Of a DNA stretch of 64,000 nucleotides, positions 10,805 to 20,706 are shown piece by piece (position 1 is the first letter of the stretch; every line of letters starts with the position of its first letter). The position numbers and the translations under genes were made by a program. The stretch is from Candidatus Magasanikbacteria bacterium RIFCSPHIGHO2_02_FULL_48_18. Lineage in GTDB: Bacteria > Patescibacteriota > Patescibacteriia > Magasanikbacterales > UBA922. The DNA lies in assembly GCA_001784285.1 (NCBI GenBank), contig MFQC01000007.1, positions 4,197-68,196 on the forward strand, in the 5' to 3' direction. A model generated the notes under the pieces. The model was not told the origin of the DNA and did not search any database. It worked only from the letters and a program-made list of their open reading frames with translations.

Positions 10805-11107
10805 TTAATTCAGCCCGGGTATATTGGGCAATCCGCCCATTTCTTTCATTTTTACAGCCATAATGCGCTGGATTTTTTTTACGGCGTCATTAAAGGCTTC
10901 TTTCAATTCTGTCTGGAGTTTTTCTTGTTTGTCTTTTGACAGCAATGCTTCATCAATCGCAAGCCCTGTGACCGTGAGATTGCCATCCATCGTGAGCACA
11001 ATGCTATCTCCCGCCTTTTTTATCGTTACCGATTCTTCAGCCAGTTTGCTTTGCAGATCTTTGGCCTGGCTACGAAGATCTTTGAATTGTTTCAATTTGT
11101 TGAACAT
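10805..11107 (-). CDS. ybaB: YbaB/EbfC nucleoid-associated protein
   Basis: QAKDLQSKLAEE ... AFNDAVKK ... MGGLPNIPGL; adjacent to recR. Confidence 0.85.
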   Translation of the reverse strand: MFNKLKQFKDLRSQAKDLQSKLAEESVTIKKAGDSIVLTMDGNLTVTGLAIDEALLSKDKQEKLQTELKEAFNDAVKKIQRIMAVKMKEMGGLPNIPGLN

Positions 11108-11154
11108 ACGATCATTGAATTATTATAATAATTGGATATTTGATATTGTCATTA

Positions 11155-12588
11155 TCAAAATGACGGGATTCGTTCCACCATTGGCGCCGCCGGGGTCATG
11201 GGCGGCTCTGCCCCGCCATATCGGGTATCAAGATCGTGAAAACTGGCTCGGGGTTCATCAAAAAATACTTTCACTTGTCCGGTAGGGCCGTTTCTGTGTT
11301 TTGCAATATGGATTTCAGCGATATGCCGCTCATCTGGCGCTATATCGTCAAGCCGATAATTTCTATCCGCCGCTTTTCGATAGATAAACATGACAACATC
11401 CGCGTCTTGTTCAATACTGCCCGATTCTCTCAAGTGCGAAAGTTTTGGGATAGCCGGTTTGGTTTGTTCCACCGCGCGAGAAAGCTGTGACAGCGCAAGA
11501 ACGGGAACGTTCAATTCGCGGGCGATGCCTTTGAGGTTTCGGCTCATTTCCGCCACTTCTTGGACACGGTTATCCGACGCGCCGCGATGCGATTCCATGA
11601 GTTGCAAGTAATCAATGATAATGAGGCCAAGCCCGTGTTCTGCTTGGAGCCGACGCGCTTTGGTCCGGATGTGCATGACCGTGTTTCCTGGGTTGTCGTC
11701 AATAAAGATTTTGGCTTCGGATAATACGCCCATGGCATGGCCGATCCGGGGAAAGTCTTGGCTGTCCGGCCGGTCTGATAAATTTCCGGTCCGCATTTTC
11801 CAGAGATCAACGCCGGCTTCGGCGCACAGAAGGCGGTCAACCAGCTGTTCTTTGCTCATTTCCAAAGAAAAGATGCCAACCGATTCTTTGCCGCGCACCC
11901 CCACATGGCGCGCGATATCAAGCGCAAACGAGGTTTTTCCAACCGATGGACGGGCGGCAAGGACGATAAGATCCGACCGCTGGAGTCCTGCGAGAAGATT
12001 ATCCAATGGATGGAATCCAGTTGCGATGCCGCGGAGTTTTCCTTTTTCTTTATGCAATTCATCAATGCGTTCAAATGCTTCGCTCAATACGCTCCGGATG
12101 GGCGCGAATGATTGTTTGAGATGTTTTTGCGTGACGCCGTACAGATATTGCTGGGCTTCATCAAGCAATTCATCCACGTTTTCTCGCTCTTCTTCATACC
12201 CAAGCCGCACCATTTCTTGGGCCGCTCTCAAGAGTTTTCGGTGAGTGGATTTTCGTCGGACGATATTCGCATATTCTTTGACATGCGCGGCTGTCGGGAC
12301 CGTATTGCTCAAAGTGACAAGGTACGTTCGGCCGCCGACTTTTTCCAGCATGCCTTTTTCTTCTAAGCGGTTGCCAAGCGTGAGGAGATCCACGGATTCA
12401 TTTTTATTGTAGAGCTCGTCCATGGTTTCAAAAATGGTTGCATTGGCGTCTTTATAAAAATCTTCCGGATCAATAATATCCGCGATTTTGATCATCGCGT
12501 CTTTGTCGAGCAATACCGAACCGAGGAGCGACATTTCTGCCTCCATATTTTGAGGTGGAATTTTTTCTCTTTGGATGATGTCAGTCAT
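11155..12588 (-). CDS. dnaB: replicative DNA helicase
   Basis: PPQNMEAEMSLLG, AARPSVGKT, IDYLQLM, LSQLSR, LRESGSIEQDAD; no intein. Confidence 0.97.
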   Translation of the reverse strand: MTDIIQREKIPPQNMEAEMSLLGSVLLDKDAMIKIADIIDPEDFYKDANATIFETMDELYNKNESVDLLTLGNRLEEKGMLEKVGGRTYLVTLSNTVPTAAHVKEYANIVRRKSTHRKLLRAAQEMVRLGYEEERENVDELLDEAQQYLYGVTQKHLKQSFAPIRSVLSEAFERIDELHKEKGKLRGIATGFHPLDNLLAGLQRSDLIVLAARPSVGKTSFALDIARHVGVRGKESVGIFSLEMSKEQLVDRLLCAEAGVDLWKMRTGNLSDRPDSQDFPRIGHAMGVLSEAKIFIDDNPGNTVMHIRTKARRLQAEHGLGLIIIDYLQLMESHRGASDNRVQEVAEMSRNLKGIARELNVPVLALSQLSRAVEQTKPAIPKLSHLRESGSIEQDADVVMFIYRKAADRNYRLDDIAPDERHIAEIHIAKHRNGPTGQVKVFFDEPRASFHDLDTRYGGAEPPMTPAAPMVERIPSF

Positions 12589-12727
12589 AGAGCCGGGAGC
12601 AAAAGTAAGAGTATCATAGCCTATTCGTCTCATGGGTTCAACCGCGCCATGGGGAGGGAGTGTGGGAAATGTGTGGAGGGTTTTCCCATTGCCAGGAAGG
12701 CGCTCTTTGCCTATACTGAAAGGGATT

Positions 12728-13618
12728 ATGCCACAAAAATCTCGGCTCAAAGACACATTTCCCTGCCATCCGTATGAAAAAAATCCGGGTATTTTGGTGT
12801 GTTGGCACGATGCCATGGGCGACTTAGCGAAAGACGAAGCACACCACCACGATGATGACGATGCAGATCAATTTGAGACCCACCAACTCAATGCGTGGCG
12901 GAATCTGTTTTATCATAAACAATTTCAATCCATAATCCAATCGGCTGTGCCAAAAGGTTCCCCCCTGCTTGAAATTGGCGCTGGGAGTGGGGTCGACGCG
13001 AAGGTCTTGGTTCAGGATCATCCGCTGACGATTACCGATGTTTCTCCTGCCACGCTTGATCGGCTGTCGCAATGGCTCAGAGGACCGGATATTTTTTTTA
13101 TTGCCGCGGACGGGCAATTTTTGCCGTTTGAGGATCATCAGTTTGGCGCGGTGTACATGGCGGCGACGTTTCATCATTTTGAAGATCCGCAAAAAGCTAC
13201 CGCGGAATGTTATCGCGTGTTGCGAAAAGATGGCATAATAGCGATTGCGGTTGAGCCAAACGCCACGTATTTCCGTCCATTAAAACGATTCCAAAACGTG
13301 TTGTACCGATTAACGCATACCGACCCGGAACATATTTCTCACGCGGATGCGGAAATGGAAGGATTCCGGAAGAGCGATTTTGAACATATTTTTGACTCAG
13401 ACCAGTGGACTGATCGCAGGATCCGGCCCATGTGGTTTGTGGCGGGGTGGATCCATTATTTTTTGGAATTTTTATTCCGTGCGTTTCGTCTCAAAAAGCG
13501 GATTATTCTTCCGCTTTGGTTGGAAAAAGGTATTGTCGCGTTTGATGAAGTTTTTTTTCGTATTCCGGGGATGAAGTATTTTTGCTGGCATTGGATTGTG
13601 AGCGCGAAAAAACGATGA
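12728..13618 (+). CDS. class I SAM-dependent methyltransferase
   Basis: LLEIGAGSG, ADGQFLPFEDHQF, RVLRKDG. Confidence 0.85.
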   Translation: MPQKSRLKDTFPCHPYEKNPGILVCWHDAMGDLAKDEAHHHDDDDADQFETHQLNAWRNLFYHKQFQSIIQSAVPKGSPLLEIGAGSGVDAKVLVQDHPLTITDVSPATLDRLSQWLRGPDIFFIAADGQFLPFEDHQFGAVYMAATFHHFEDPQKATAECYRVLRKDGIIAIAVEPNATYFRPLKRFQNVLYRLTHTDPEHISHADAEMEGFRKSDFEHIFDSDQWTDRRIRPMWFVAGWIHYFLEFLFRAFRLKKRIILPLWLEKGIVAFDEVFFRIPGMKYFCWHWIVSAKKR

Positions 13619-13627
13619 ATGATATAT

Positions 13628-14845
13628 ATGAAAGTGTGCATTATTGAAAATATTTATCCGCCCTATGATCGCGGCGGCGCCGAACAAGTGGTGGCAAAAA
13701 CCGTGGAAGGATTGCTCCATCAAGGGCATGACGTTATCATCATTACCACCATGCCCCAGGGAAATGTGGTGGAAACCGATGCACATCTTACCATTTATCG
13801 CCGCAGGCCATGGAACCTCTTTTTTTATACGGACGCACAGCATCATTCCGTGTTTGTCCGGTTTCTTTGGCACGCGATTGACATGGTCCACATCCCCATG
13901 ATGTGGTGGGTAAGAGGTGTCCTTAAAAAAGAACAGCCCGATGTGGTGCATACGCACAATTTGATGGGGCTCAGTTTTCTTATTCCTCGCATGATTCGAC
14001 GGCTTGGATTTCCTCATATCCACACCGTGCATGATGTTCAGCTTGTGGAGCCGAGCGCCATGATTTTAAAGACCCAAGAAAAAAGCTGGCGCTATACGGG
14101 ATGGCCAACCAACATGTATTCGTGGCTCATGAACATACTTATGGGTTCGCCCGATATCGTGATTTCACCATCCCAGTTTTTATTGGATTTTTATCAATCG
14201 CGCGGTTTTTTTTCAACGTCTGAGTTTGTGGTGTTGCGCAATCCCATGACCATGGATGTTTCAGGAGAAAAAAAGAAAAAGCCGGAACGCCGGCCATTTC
14301 GTTTTCTGTATCTTGGTCAGATTGAACGCCACAAAGGGATTGTGTTTTTGATTGAGGTATTTCAACAATTGATACGGGAGAAAAATGAAAATTGCGAATT
14401 GCATATTGTGGGAAGCGGTTCCATAATGCCCGAGGTTGAATCATTGGTCCGCGGGACGCCGCAGATACGTATTCATGGCCGAATGGATCGATCTCAAATT
14501 CCGGAACTTTTTTCACAGACTGATGTAACGGTCGTGCCGTCGTTGTGCTACGAAAATTCACCAACGGTTATTTTTGAAAGCCTCACGTGCGGCGTGCCGG
14601 TCGTGGCAAGCCGTATTGAAGGAATCGCTGAGCTTATTCAAGAGGGAGAGAACGGCCTTACCTTTGAAACCGAGGACTCAGCGTCTCTGAGAGAAAAGCT
14701 CTTGTGGTGTTTGGAGCACCGGGAGCAAATACAACACATGAGTACAAAAGCTGTTCAGTCGGTGGTTGGGCTATCGCTTCGAGAGTATATAGAACGGCTC
14801 GTGGTGCTGTACGGACGGAAGAAATCCGCAGGGTTACGTTCGTAG
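13628..14845 (+). CDS. GT4 glycosyltransferase
   Basis: YPPYDRGGAE, PDVVHTHN, ENSPTVIFES (E-x7-E). Confidence 0.9.
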   Translation: MKVCIIENIYPPYDRGGAEQVVAKTVEGLLHQGHDVIIITTMPQGNVVETDAHLTIYRRRPWNLFFYTDAQHHSVFVRFLWHAIDMVHIPMMWWVRGVLKKEQPDVVHTHNLMGLSFLIPRMIRRLGFPHIHTVHDVQLVEPSAMILKTQEKSWRYTGWPTNMYSWLMNILMGSPDIVISPSQFLLDFYQSRGFFSTSEFVVLRNPMTMDVSGEKKKKPERRPFRFLYLGQIERHKGIVFLIEVFQQLIREKNENCELHIVGSGSIMPEVESLVRGTPQIRIHGRMDRSQIPELFSQTDVTVVPSLCYENSPTVIFESLTCGVPVVASRIEGIAELIQEGENGLTFETEDSASLREKLLWCLEHREQIQHMSTKAVQSVVGLSLREYIERLVVLYGRKKSAGLRS

Positions 14846-14889
14846 TTCCTCCCGCTCTCTCAGAAATGAATCCAAAAAACAATATCGTT

Positions 14890-17055
14890 TTATGATGACG
14901 GACGATTGAATGTAAAAATCCACATTTCTCCATTGCCAATTTCTTGCCACCCATCGGCCGATTGTTTCGCGCTGAAAATAATGTGCTCTGCGTCGTCCCA
15001 ATAGCGAGGAACAACCACATACGCACGATTCGTACGGGTAAGCTCAAGAACCGAGAGAACGGTTTCTTTTTTTTGTCCCTGGTATAAAAAGTCGAGGTAG
15101 GCTTTGTAGAGAGGGCTTCCGGTTGGAATGGAATAATAAAAAAGGTTTCCCTCGCCGGTTTCGTAATATCGTTCAAATCCGAATTGTTCAATGGACGCCG
15201 CGGCAGTAAGAATCGGCGAAAGAACAATGTACGCCGTTGATGAAGGAGCCGTGTTGTGAATCCATGCCGCTCCCGCCATGTCCGACGACGTCACGTTATA
15301 CCCTTTTGCAACGACTTTGGGGTTGCTTTGGGGGTAGAGAAGATAGAACGATCCGGTAAGAAACACGGCAAAGAGAATACTGATGGGGATCTTGACAAAA
15401 TTGATTGTTGCAATTCGGTTGAGTCCATAGACGATGCCACATAAAAAAAGCGGTAAGAGGGGGTATATCGCGATATGAAGGAGCCGCCCGGCATATTGCA
15501 GTTGATCGTATACATGGAGATCCGGAAATGTAAGCCAGGTACTCGTAAAAAACGCGTTGACAACAATAGTCGCTGAGAGAAAAAGGACTAATCGGAAAAA
15601 AGGACGAAACGGTTCTTCTGTTTTTTTTCTATGAACGATAACAAGAAGAGCGATCAAAAGAATAATCGGTATAATCATTTTTCGATAAAGGTAGAGAGCA
15701 TCCCATAGCCACGCAACCGGTTCTTGGGAAAAATAGTATGGGTCTTTAAAAAATGAAAAAAAATGATTGATATTTTTTGGGATGTTTGAGAGAGAAGGAA
15801 GGGGAAGATGTTGGATGACGCGCTGATAGATCAAGAAAAAAAGAGGAATGACGAGCGACCCAACAGCGCCGCAACATATCCAGAATATTTTTTTTCCGAT
15901 GAAATGTGATTTTTTTTTCTTTTCAAACCACAAAGCAAAAAAGAGGCCAAAGGAAAAAAGCAGCGCAAAAATGCCCGGAAGAATATGAATCATCGCCGAT
16001 GTTACAGAGAGTAGTACCAGCGGAATGTATAATGCGCGATGCCGGATTGCAAGCGGCGCGGCAAAGATGACAAGAAGAAAAAACAGATTTGCCAAATTGT
16101 GCGGGGTCGTCGCGATCATGGTTGTAAGAGGAAAGAAGAGAAGAAGAGGAGTAACAAATCGCGATTGCTTGTCCGAGATACCAAAACCATGGCGGAGGCT
16201 TGTGACGGCGAGAAAAGGCAGAAGAAGCGACGCGAGAAGCGGGGTTAAAAAAATATCAAGAATGGTGATTGGAATATGGGTGATATGCGTGAGGATATTG
16301 ACGATAACGTATTGGCCGATATAAAACGGGGTTTTGGGGGCAATAAAACCATAGTCAAAAATATGCTGTTCCGCGGCTCGGTGGAGAAACGGATCATACC
16401 CAAATCCTAAAGGGTAAAGCACGGTTGCCACGCCGAAGGTGAGAAAAAAGTGGAGCGTAATAAGAAGAAGACCGGCGGCTGTATTGGCGGTTCGACATTG
16501 GTAGAAAAGAAGAATGGCTGTTGTTATGCCGTAGAGGAGAAAAAATTTTGGGCCAACCGCAAGCCAGGGGGAGGGGAGGACTCCTGTGGTTGCCCGTGAC
16601 AAAAGAAGAACAAACAAGACGGTTTGACCAAGGAGAATCAAGAGAAAAAGAATGAGGTTGGGTGTTGTTTCTTGAAAATTATTTTTCCATTTTTTCATCG
16701 TCTGCGTCTGGTTTTCCCTGAGGTCTTTTTTTCTATACATCAGGAATCCAATCATAATCGCGACGGCAGCAAACGTTGCCAAAATCGTCACTGGCGTACT
16801 TGCAAAAACAACATAGACTGCTCCATGGAGAATAATAAGAAGAGCCGTGACACACACGACGCCCCAACATGACGCATAAGGATTTTTTGAAAAAACGGTT
16901 TTCCCAAGGAGTTTTCCCAACAGCCCAATACACCCGAGGAGAGAAACCGCGCCAAGAATACCAAACAACGGCGTGGCAAAGGCCATGCCGAGCCAAATTC
17001 CTGCTATGCACAGGGGAATAATTATGCTATAATAAAAGAAATATTGGCGGAACAT
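14890..17055 (-). CDS. large polytopic membrane protein, GT-C-like
   Basis: Many TM helices; GFGYDPFLH loop; soluble C-terminal domain; glycan-locus context. Confidence 0.55.
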   Translation of the reverse strand: MFRQYFFYYSIIIPLCIAGIWLGMAFATPLFGILGAVSLLGCIGLLGKLLGKTVFSKNPYASCWGVVCVTALLIILHGAVYVVFASTPVTILATFAAVAIMIGFLMYRKKDLRENQTQTMKKWKNNFQETTPNLILFLLILLGQTVLFVLLLSRATTGVLPSPWLAVGPKFFLLYGITTAILLFYQCRTANTAAGLLLITLHFFLTFGVATVLYPLGFGYDPFLHRAAEQHIFDYGFIAPKTPFYIGQYVIVNILTHITHIPITILDIFLTPLLASLLLPFLAVTSLRHGFGISDKQSRFVTPLLLFFPLTTMIATTPHNLANLFFLLVIFAAPLAIRHRALYIPLVLLSVTSAMIHILPGIFALLFSFGLFFALWFEKKKKSHFIGKKIFWICCGAVGSLVIPLFFLIYQRVIQHLPLPSLSNIPKNINHFFSFFKDPYYFSQEPVAWLWDALYLYRKMIIPIILLIALLVIVHRKKTEEPFRPFFRLVLFLSATIVVNAFFTSTWLTFPDLHVYDQLQYAGRLLHIAIYPLLPLFLCGIVYGLNRIATINFVKIPISILFAVFLTGSFYLLYPQSNPKVVAKGYNVTSSDMAGAAWIHNTAPSSTAYIVLSPILTAAASIEQFGFERYYETGEGNLFYYSIPTGSPLYKAYLDFLYQGQKKETVLSVLELTRTNRAYVVVPRYWDDAEHIIFSAKQSADGWQEIGNGEMWIFTFNRPSS

Positions 17056-17131
17056 AGATCAAAATAATCATAGCATACCAGTATAAAATACACGAGTATT
17101 TCTATTTCCATAGAATGTAATCCAAAAAGCG

Positions 17132-17749
17132 ATGAATAATTTTTTTGTGCGGAATCATCCGCAGTTATTTACTTTTTTACCAGCCACGGAGGTTCATCCG
17201 CACGACCATTTTTTTGCGGTTACCATTTTACGGCTGTTTCCCCGGCGCATTACTCCAAACATGATAACCACGGTTCGGGTTCTTATGACGCCGGTCGTTT
17301 TTTACATTATCCTCTTTGGAAATTATCGGCTGGGGATTGTGTTATTTTTAGCCGCCGCGTTTACCGATGCGATTGACGGCACCATGGCGCGAACCAGAAA
17401 TCAAATTACGCGTTTTGGCATGATGTTTGATCCTTTGGCCGATAAGTTTCTCATTGGGTCCATGGTCCTCTTGCTGGTATTTCGCTATTTCCATTTTTTG
17501 CTCGGGATTGCCATTTTGGGGTTGGAAATTGCGATTATCGCGAGCGCGTTTGTGATAAAAATAAAATTTAAAAAAGAAATCATGGCCAATCGATGGGGCA
17601 AAATGAAAATGCTTTTTCAGGTCATCGCCACGTTTGTGACGTTACTTGCCTTATTGCTGGATTTTCCCTATTTTTTTACACTCGCCGCATGGATTTTTGG
17701 GCTTGCGATCGGTTTTGCCATTTTGAGTTTGTTTAAACATGGAATTTGA
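17132..17749 (+). CDS. CDP-alcohol phosphatidyltransferase (PgsA-like)
   Basis: TPNMITTVR, TDAIDGTMAR ... G...DPLADK. Confidence 0.9.
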   Translation: MNNFFVRNHPQLFTFLPATEVHPHDHFFAVTILRLFPRRITPNMITTVRVLMTPVVFYIILFGNYRLGIVLFLAAAFTDAIDGTMARTRNQITRFGMMFDPLADKFLIGSMVLLLVFRYFHFLLGIAILGLEIAIIASAFVIKIKFKKEIMANRWGKMKMLFQVIATFVTLLALLLDFPYFFTLAAWIFGLAIGFAILSLFKHGI

Positions 17750-17751
17750 AC

Positions 17752-19326
17752 ATGAAGAAACAGACACCCCACACAATTATTCTTTTTTTCCTTGCCGGGA
17801 TTTTTTTTATTCTCTATAACCTTCTCAATTTTTCCACTCCTCGGCTGTTTAATTCTCCGGACGAAACCATGCATCACGCATTTATCAAACAGTTTGCGCA
17901 AACCAATCAATTTATTTTTCCTCACACGCATGATTACGGCGACTTTGCGCGTTTTGTTTTTCCACGGAGCACGTATGGTGTGGGACCGGTTATTGTGCCG
18001 GTTGGTTTTTGGGGGCTCAATGTCGTGTATGGATTTTTGGCAAAAATCGTCGGTGTTTCCTTCGTTGTTTTTTTGACATCCATCCTGGTTATCATTGGCG
18101 TTTTTTGTTGGTATAGTCTTATCAGACATCTGTTTCATCGATCGGTTGCGTTTATTTCTTCGGTGTTGTTTTTGTGCCAGCCGGTTCTCTGGTATTACAC
18201 CGAACGCAGTTTGTTTCCCAATGTGCCATTTCTCATGTTTTTGATTATAGGCCTTTGGTTTTTGATTGTCCGCCCTCTGTTTTCCAAAAGAAAAACAGCG
18301 TCGTTATTGAATGAATTATTTGGATCAATAGTTTTTTTTACCGCAATTCTTATTCGTCCAAGTGAGGTACTTTGGCTGGGAGTTGGAACCGCGATTGTCC
18401 TTTTTGCTTATAGAAAAAAAGTTGATTGGACGCGTTTTGGCATATTCGCGGCGGTTGGATTTCTCTTTTTGTGTTTGTATGTGCTCGTCAATGGCGTCTT
18501 GTTTCGCGGGCATCTTATTGGGTATGCGGCGTCTCAATCCGCAGTACTCCCTCATTGGTATAGTGTTGTTTTTCCGTTTGGGATTGATATATCACAGATT
18601 ATAAAAGCAAAGTATGTGTATTTGTTTCAACTCGTCTGGTGGTATACCGTTCCTGCCGGAATAGGCATACTTATTTTTTTGAACCAATGGAAACACCGGA
18701 TGCTGCCAAAAAAACAGCGGGTGTACGGTGCGGTTTTTTTCTGTATGGCTTTCTTTTTACTTGTGTTGTATGGAAGTTTTCATGACGCGCGTTTTTCGCT
18801 CCATACGATTGGTATTTCGTACACCCGCTATTGGCTCCCCATAAGTATTGGACTCTTGCCGTTCGCGGCTTTGTGTCTTTTGCGATTGCAAGAATTTTTT
18901 CATCGAGCGTGGCAAAAACAACTGGTTGGTGCGTGGATATTGTTTTTGGTATTTTTATTGAGCGCGCGCGCGGTATTTTTGGGGGACGACGGCATTATCA
19001 AAACCGGAGAAAATATTGCCCATGGTGCGGAAATAAAAACATGGACGCTCGCGGAAATACCGGAGAACGCGATTGTTGTCACTGACACGGAGGATAAATT
19101 TTTTTGGCCGGAGAGACAGGTGATGGTAAATATAAAAAATGGTGATATTCGGATGGGCATTCATGGGCTGTTGAAAAAAAGGTATCCGCTTTATTTTTTT
19201 ACGCCGCGACTTGAAGACAACACGATGAAAGAACTTCAGGAGTTGCTGCGTACGTCATCACTTGAATTAGAAAAAATCATGGAATTCCCCCCGCACGAGA
19301 TGTATCGCATAAAAATAGCTCTCTAA
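17752..19326 (+). CDS. GT-C (PMT/ArnT-like) membrane glycosyltransferase
   Basis: First-loop NSPDE motif, many TM helices, ILIRP, YTRYWLP. Confidence 0.65.
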   Translation: MKKQTPHTIILFFLAGIFFILYNLLNFSTPRLFNSPDETMHHAFIKQFAQTNQFIFPHTHDYGDFARFVFPRSTYGVGPVIVPVGFWGLNVVYGFLAKIVGVSFVVFLTSILVIIGVFCWYSLIRHLFHRSVAFISSVLFLCQPVLWYYTERSLFPNVPFLMFLIIGLWFLIVRPLFSKRKTASLLNELFGSIVFFTAILIRPSEVLWLGVGTAIVLFAYRKKVDWTRFGIFAAVGFLFLCLYVLVNGVLFRGHLIGYAASQSAVLPHWYSVVFPFGIDISQIIKAKYVYLFQLVWWYTVPAGIGILIFLNQWKHRMLPKKQRVYGAVFFCMAFFLLVLYGSFHDARFSLHTIGISYTRYWLPISIGLLPFAALCLLRLQEFFHRAWQKQLVGAWILFLVFLLSARAVFLGDDGIIKTGENIAHGAEIKTWTLAEIPENAIVVTDTEDKFFWPERQVMVNIKNGDIRMGIHGLLKKRYPLYFFTPRLEDNTMKELQELLRTSSLELEKIMEFPPHEMYRIKIAL

Positions 19327-19362
19327 AAAAGAATCGACCCGAGCGCTCAAGCGTCCCGGGCC
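19325..19362 (-). terminator. intrinsic terminator of the GC-rich CDP-alcohol transferase gene
   Basis: Minus strand GGCCCGGGACGC-TTGA-GCGCTCGGGTC followed by GATTCTTTTTT. Confidence 0.6.
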
Positions 19363-19385
19363 GTATCTCCTTGGTTGTGGTGTCC

Positions 19386-20099
19386 TTACGTCGGGCCACG
19401 TGCGGCGAGCTTCTGTTTCAAGCTCAAAACCGCAAACGGTATAGCTAGGATGTACGCCGCCGTTCCTGCGTAGACCGGCCATGTGTCGAGGTTGTCGTTC
19501 GCGAGCACCAGCCCGCCGGTTCCAATGAGCTCAAGCGTGAATTTGAGCTTTCCGGACATTCTGGCCTTGAGCGCACGGTCATCGACCCCGTGGCGTGTTG
19601 CGTAGAAGTCGTCCACCCGCACGACCGCGAGCCAAACCTCAACGACGAGGAGAATGGCGATCGCGGCAAACGTCGGCAGGTGGATGTACCAGACGGCGTT
19701 CATAAAGTCCGCCGTGGCGAGCGCTCCCAGGGTCACGACGACCCAAAACGCTTTGTCGCAAAAGGCGTCGAGGAAGGCTCCCAACACGCCGTCGTGCGGG
19801 TGGCCGTTCTTTTTGTGGACCATGGCCACAAGCCCGTCCACAAAGTCGAGAACGCCCGCGACGACATAGAGCCAGAAGGCGGTCGCGGTCAGTCCGATTT
19901 TTAGAAGAACGGCGACCGGGATCGCCATGAACGTTCTGAAAATTGTGACGCGGTTTGCCGTCACGAACATGACCTCGCCGTAGAACGGAATCGAGATCGT
20001 ATACGGCAGGATCACTTCGGCGATCGGGCCAAAGAATTTGCGAAGACGGGCATAAAGTCCGCCAAAAATCGAAAGGACGAACGTTGTAAAAACTTCCAT
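19386..20099 (-). CDS. second, divergent CDP-alcohol phosphatidyltransferase (GC-rich)
   Basis: TANRVTIFR, LDFVDGLVA ... GAFLDAFCDK, GKLKF; GGAGGAGG upstream. Confidence 0.8.
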   Translation of the reverse strand: MEVFTTFVLSIFGGLYARLRKFFGPIAEVILPYTISIPFYGEVMFVTANRVTIFRTFMAIPVAVLLKIGLTATAFWLYVVAGVLDFVDGLVAMVHKKNGHPHDGVLGAFLDAFCDKAFWVVVTLGALATADFMNAVWYIHLPTFAAIAILLVVEVWLAVVRVDDFYATRHGVDDRALKARMSGKLKFTLELIGTGGLVLANDNLDTWPVYAGTAAYILAIPFAVLSLKQKLAARGPT

Positions 20100-20223
20100 T
20101 GTGCCCTCCTCCAGGCAATGGGTTTCAATTCAAAACTGTTGTTGGTTGGTTTTGTATCATGACGTTTGAAGGAAAGCAAGGCTTTTTGAGTTTTCTGAGA
20201 TATCTGACAAAACAGAGAAAATC

Positions 20224-20270
20224 TAGACAACCTGTTCAAAAAAAGGTATTCTAACCGTGGAAGCTTCCAC
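20224..20270 (+). promoter_or_regulatory. sigma70 promoter plus palindromic operator candidate for the HIT operon
   Basis: TAGACA-17bp-TATTCT, then perfect palindrome GTGGAAGCTTCCAC at 20257-20270. Confidence 0.5.
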
Positions 20271-20294
20271 TTCTTATTTTTGTGTCCTTCTCGT

Positions 20295-20699
20295 ATGAAA
20301 GATTGTATTTTTTGCAAAATTATCAATAAAGAAATTCCAAACCATACGATATACGAGGATAATCACTCACTCGCTTTTTTGGATATTTTTCCTCATGCCA
20401 AAGGCCACGCTGTCGTCATTCCAAAAATTCACGCAGAAACTATATTTGATTTGAATGAAGAATTATTCAAAGAATTGTCTGTGGCAATAAAAAAGACCAT
20501 GAACCGAATTGAAGAGGTGCTCCACCCGGATGGATATAATGTCGGGTGGAATCACGAAAAAGCCGGCGGACAAGTAGTGCCGCATGTGCATGTGCATATT
20601 ATGCCCCGCTGGGAAGGGGACGGAGGCGGCAGTCAGCATTCGGTCATCAAAAATCCCGGGAGTATGACCGTTGATGAGGTCGCAAAGTTGTTCAGCTGA
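20295..20699 (+). CDS. HIT family nucleotide hydrolase
   Basis: DCIFCKII, GQVVPHVHVHIMPR. Confidence 0.93.
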   Translation: MKDCIFCKIINKEIPNHTIYEDNHSLAFLDIFPHAKGHAVVIPKIHAETIFDLNEELFKELSVAIKKTMNRIEEVLHPDGYNVGWNHEKAGGQVVPHVHVHIMPRWEGDGGGSQHSVIKNPGSMTVDEVAKLFS

Positions 20700-20706
20700 T
20701 TGTTGT

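Noticed and set aside
12589-12816. Long N-terminal extensions on dnaB and the methyltransferase
   Set aside because: They overlap each other across a divergent promoter region; the recognisable proteins begin at 12588 and 12728
19325-19385. Integron attC sites flanking the GC-rich genes
   Set aside because: No convincing RYYYAAC...GTTRRRY pairs, no cassette array and no intI
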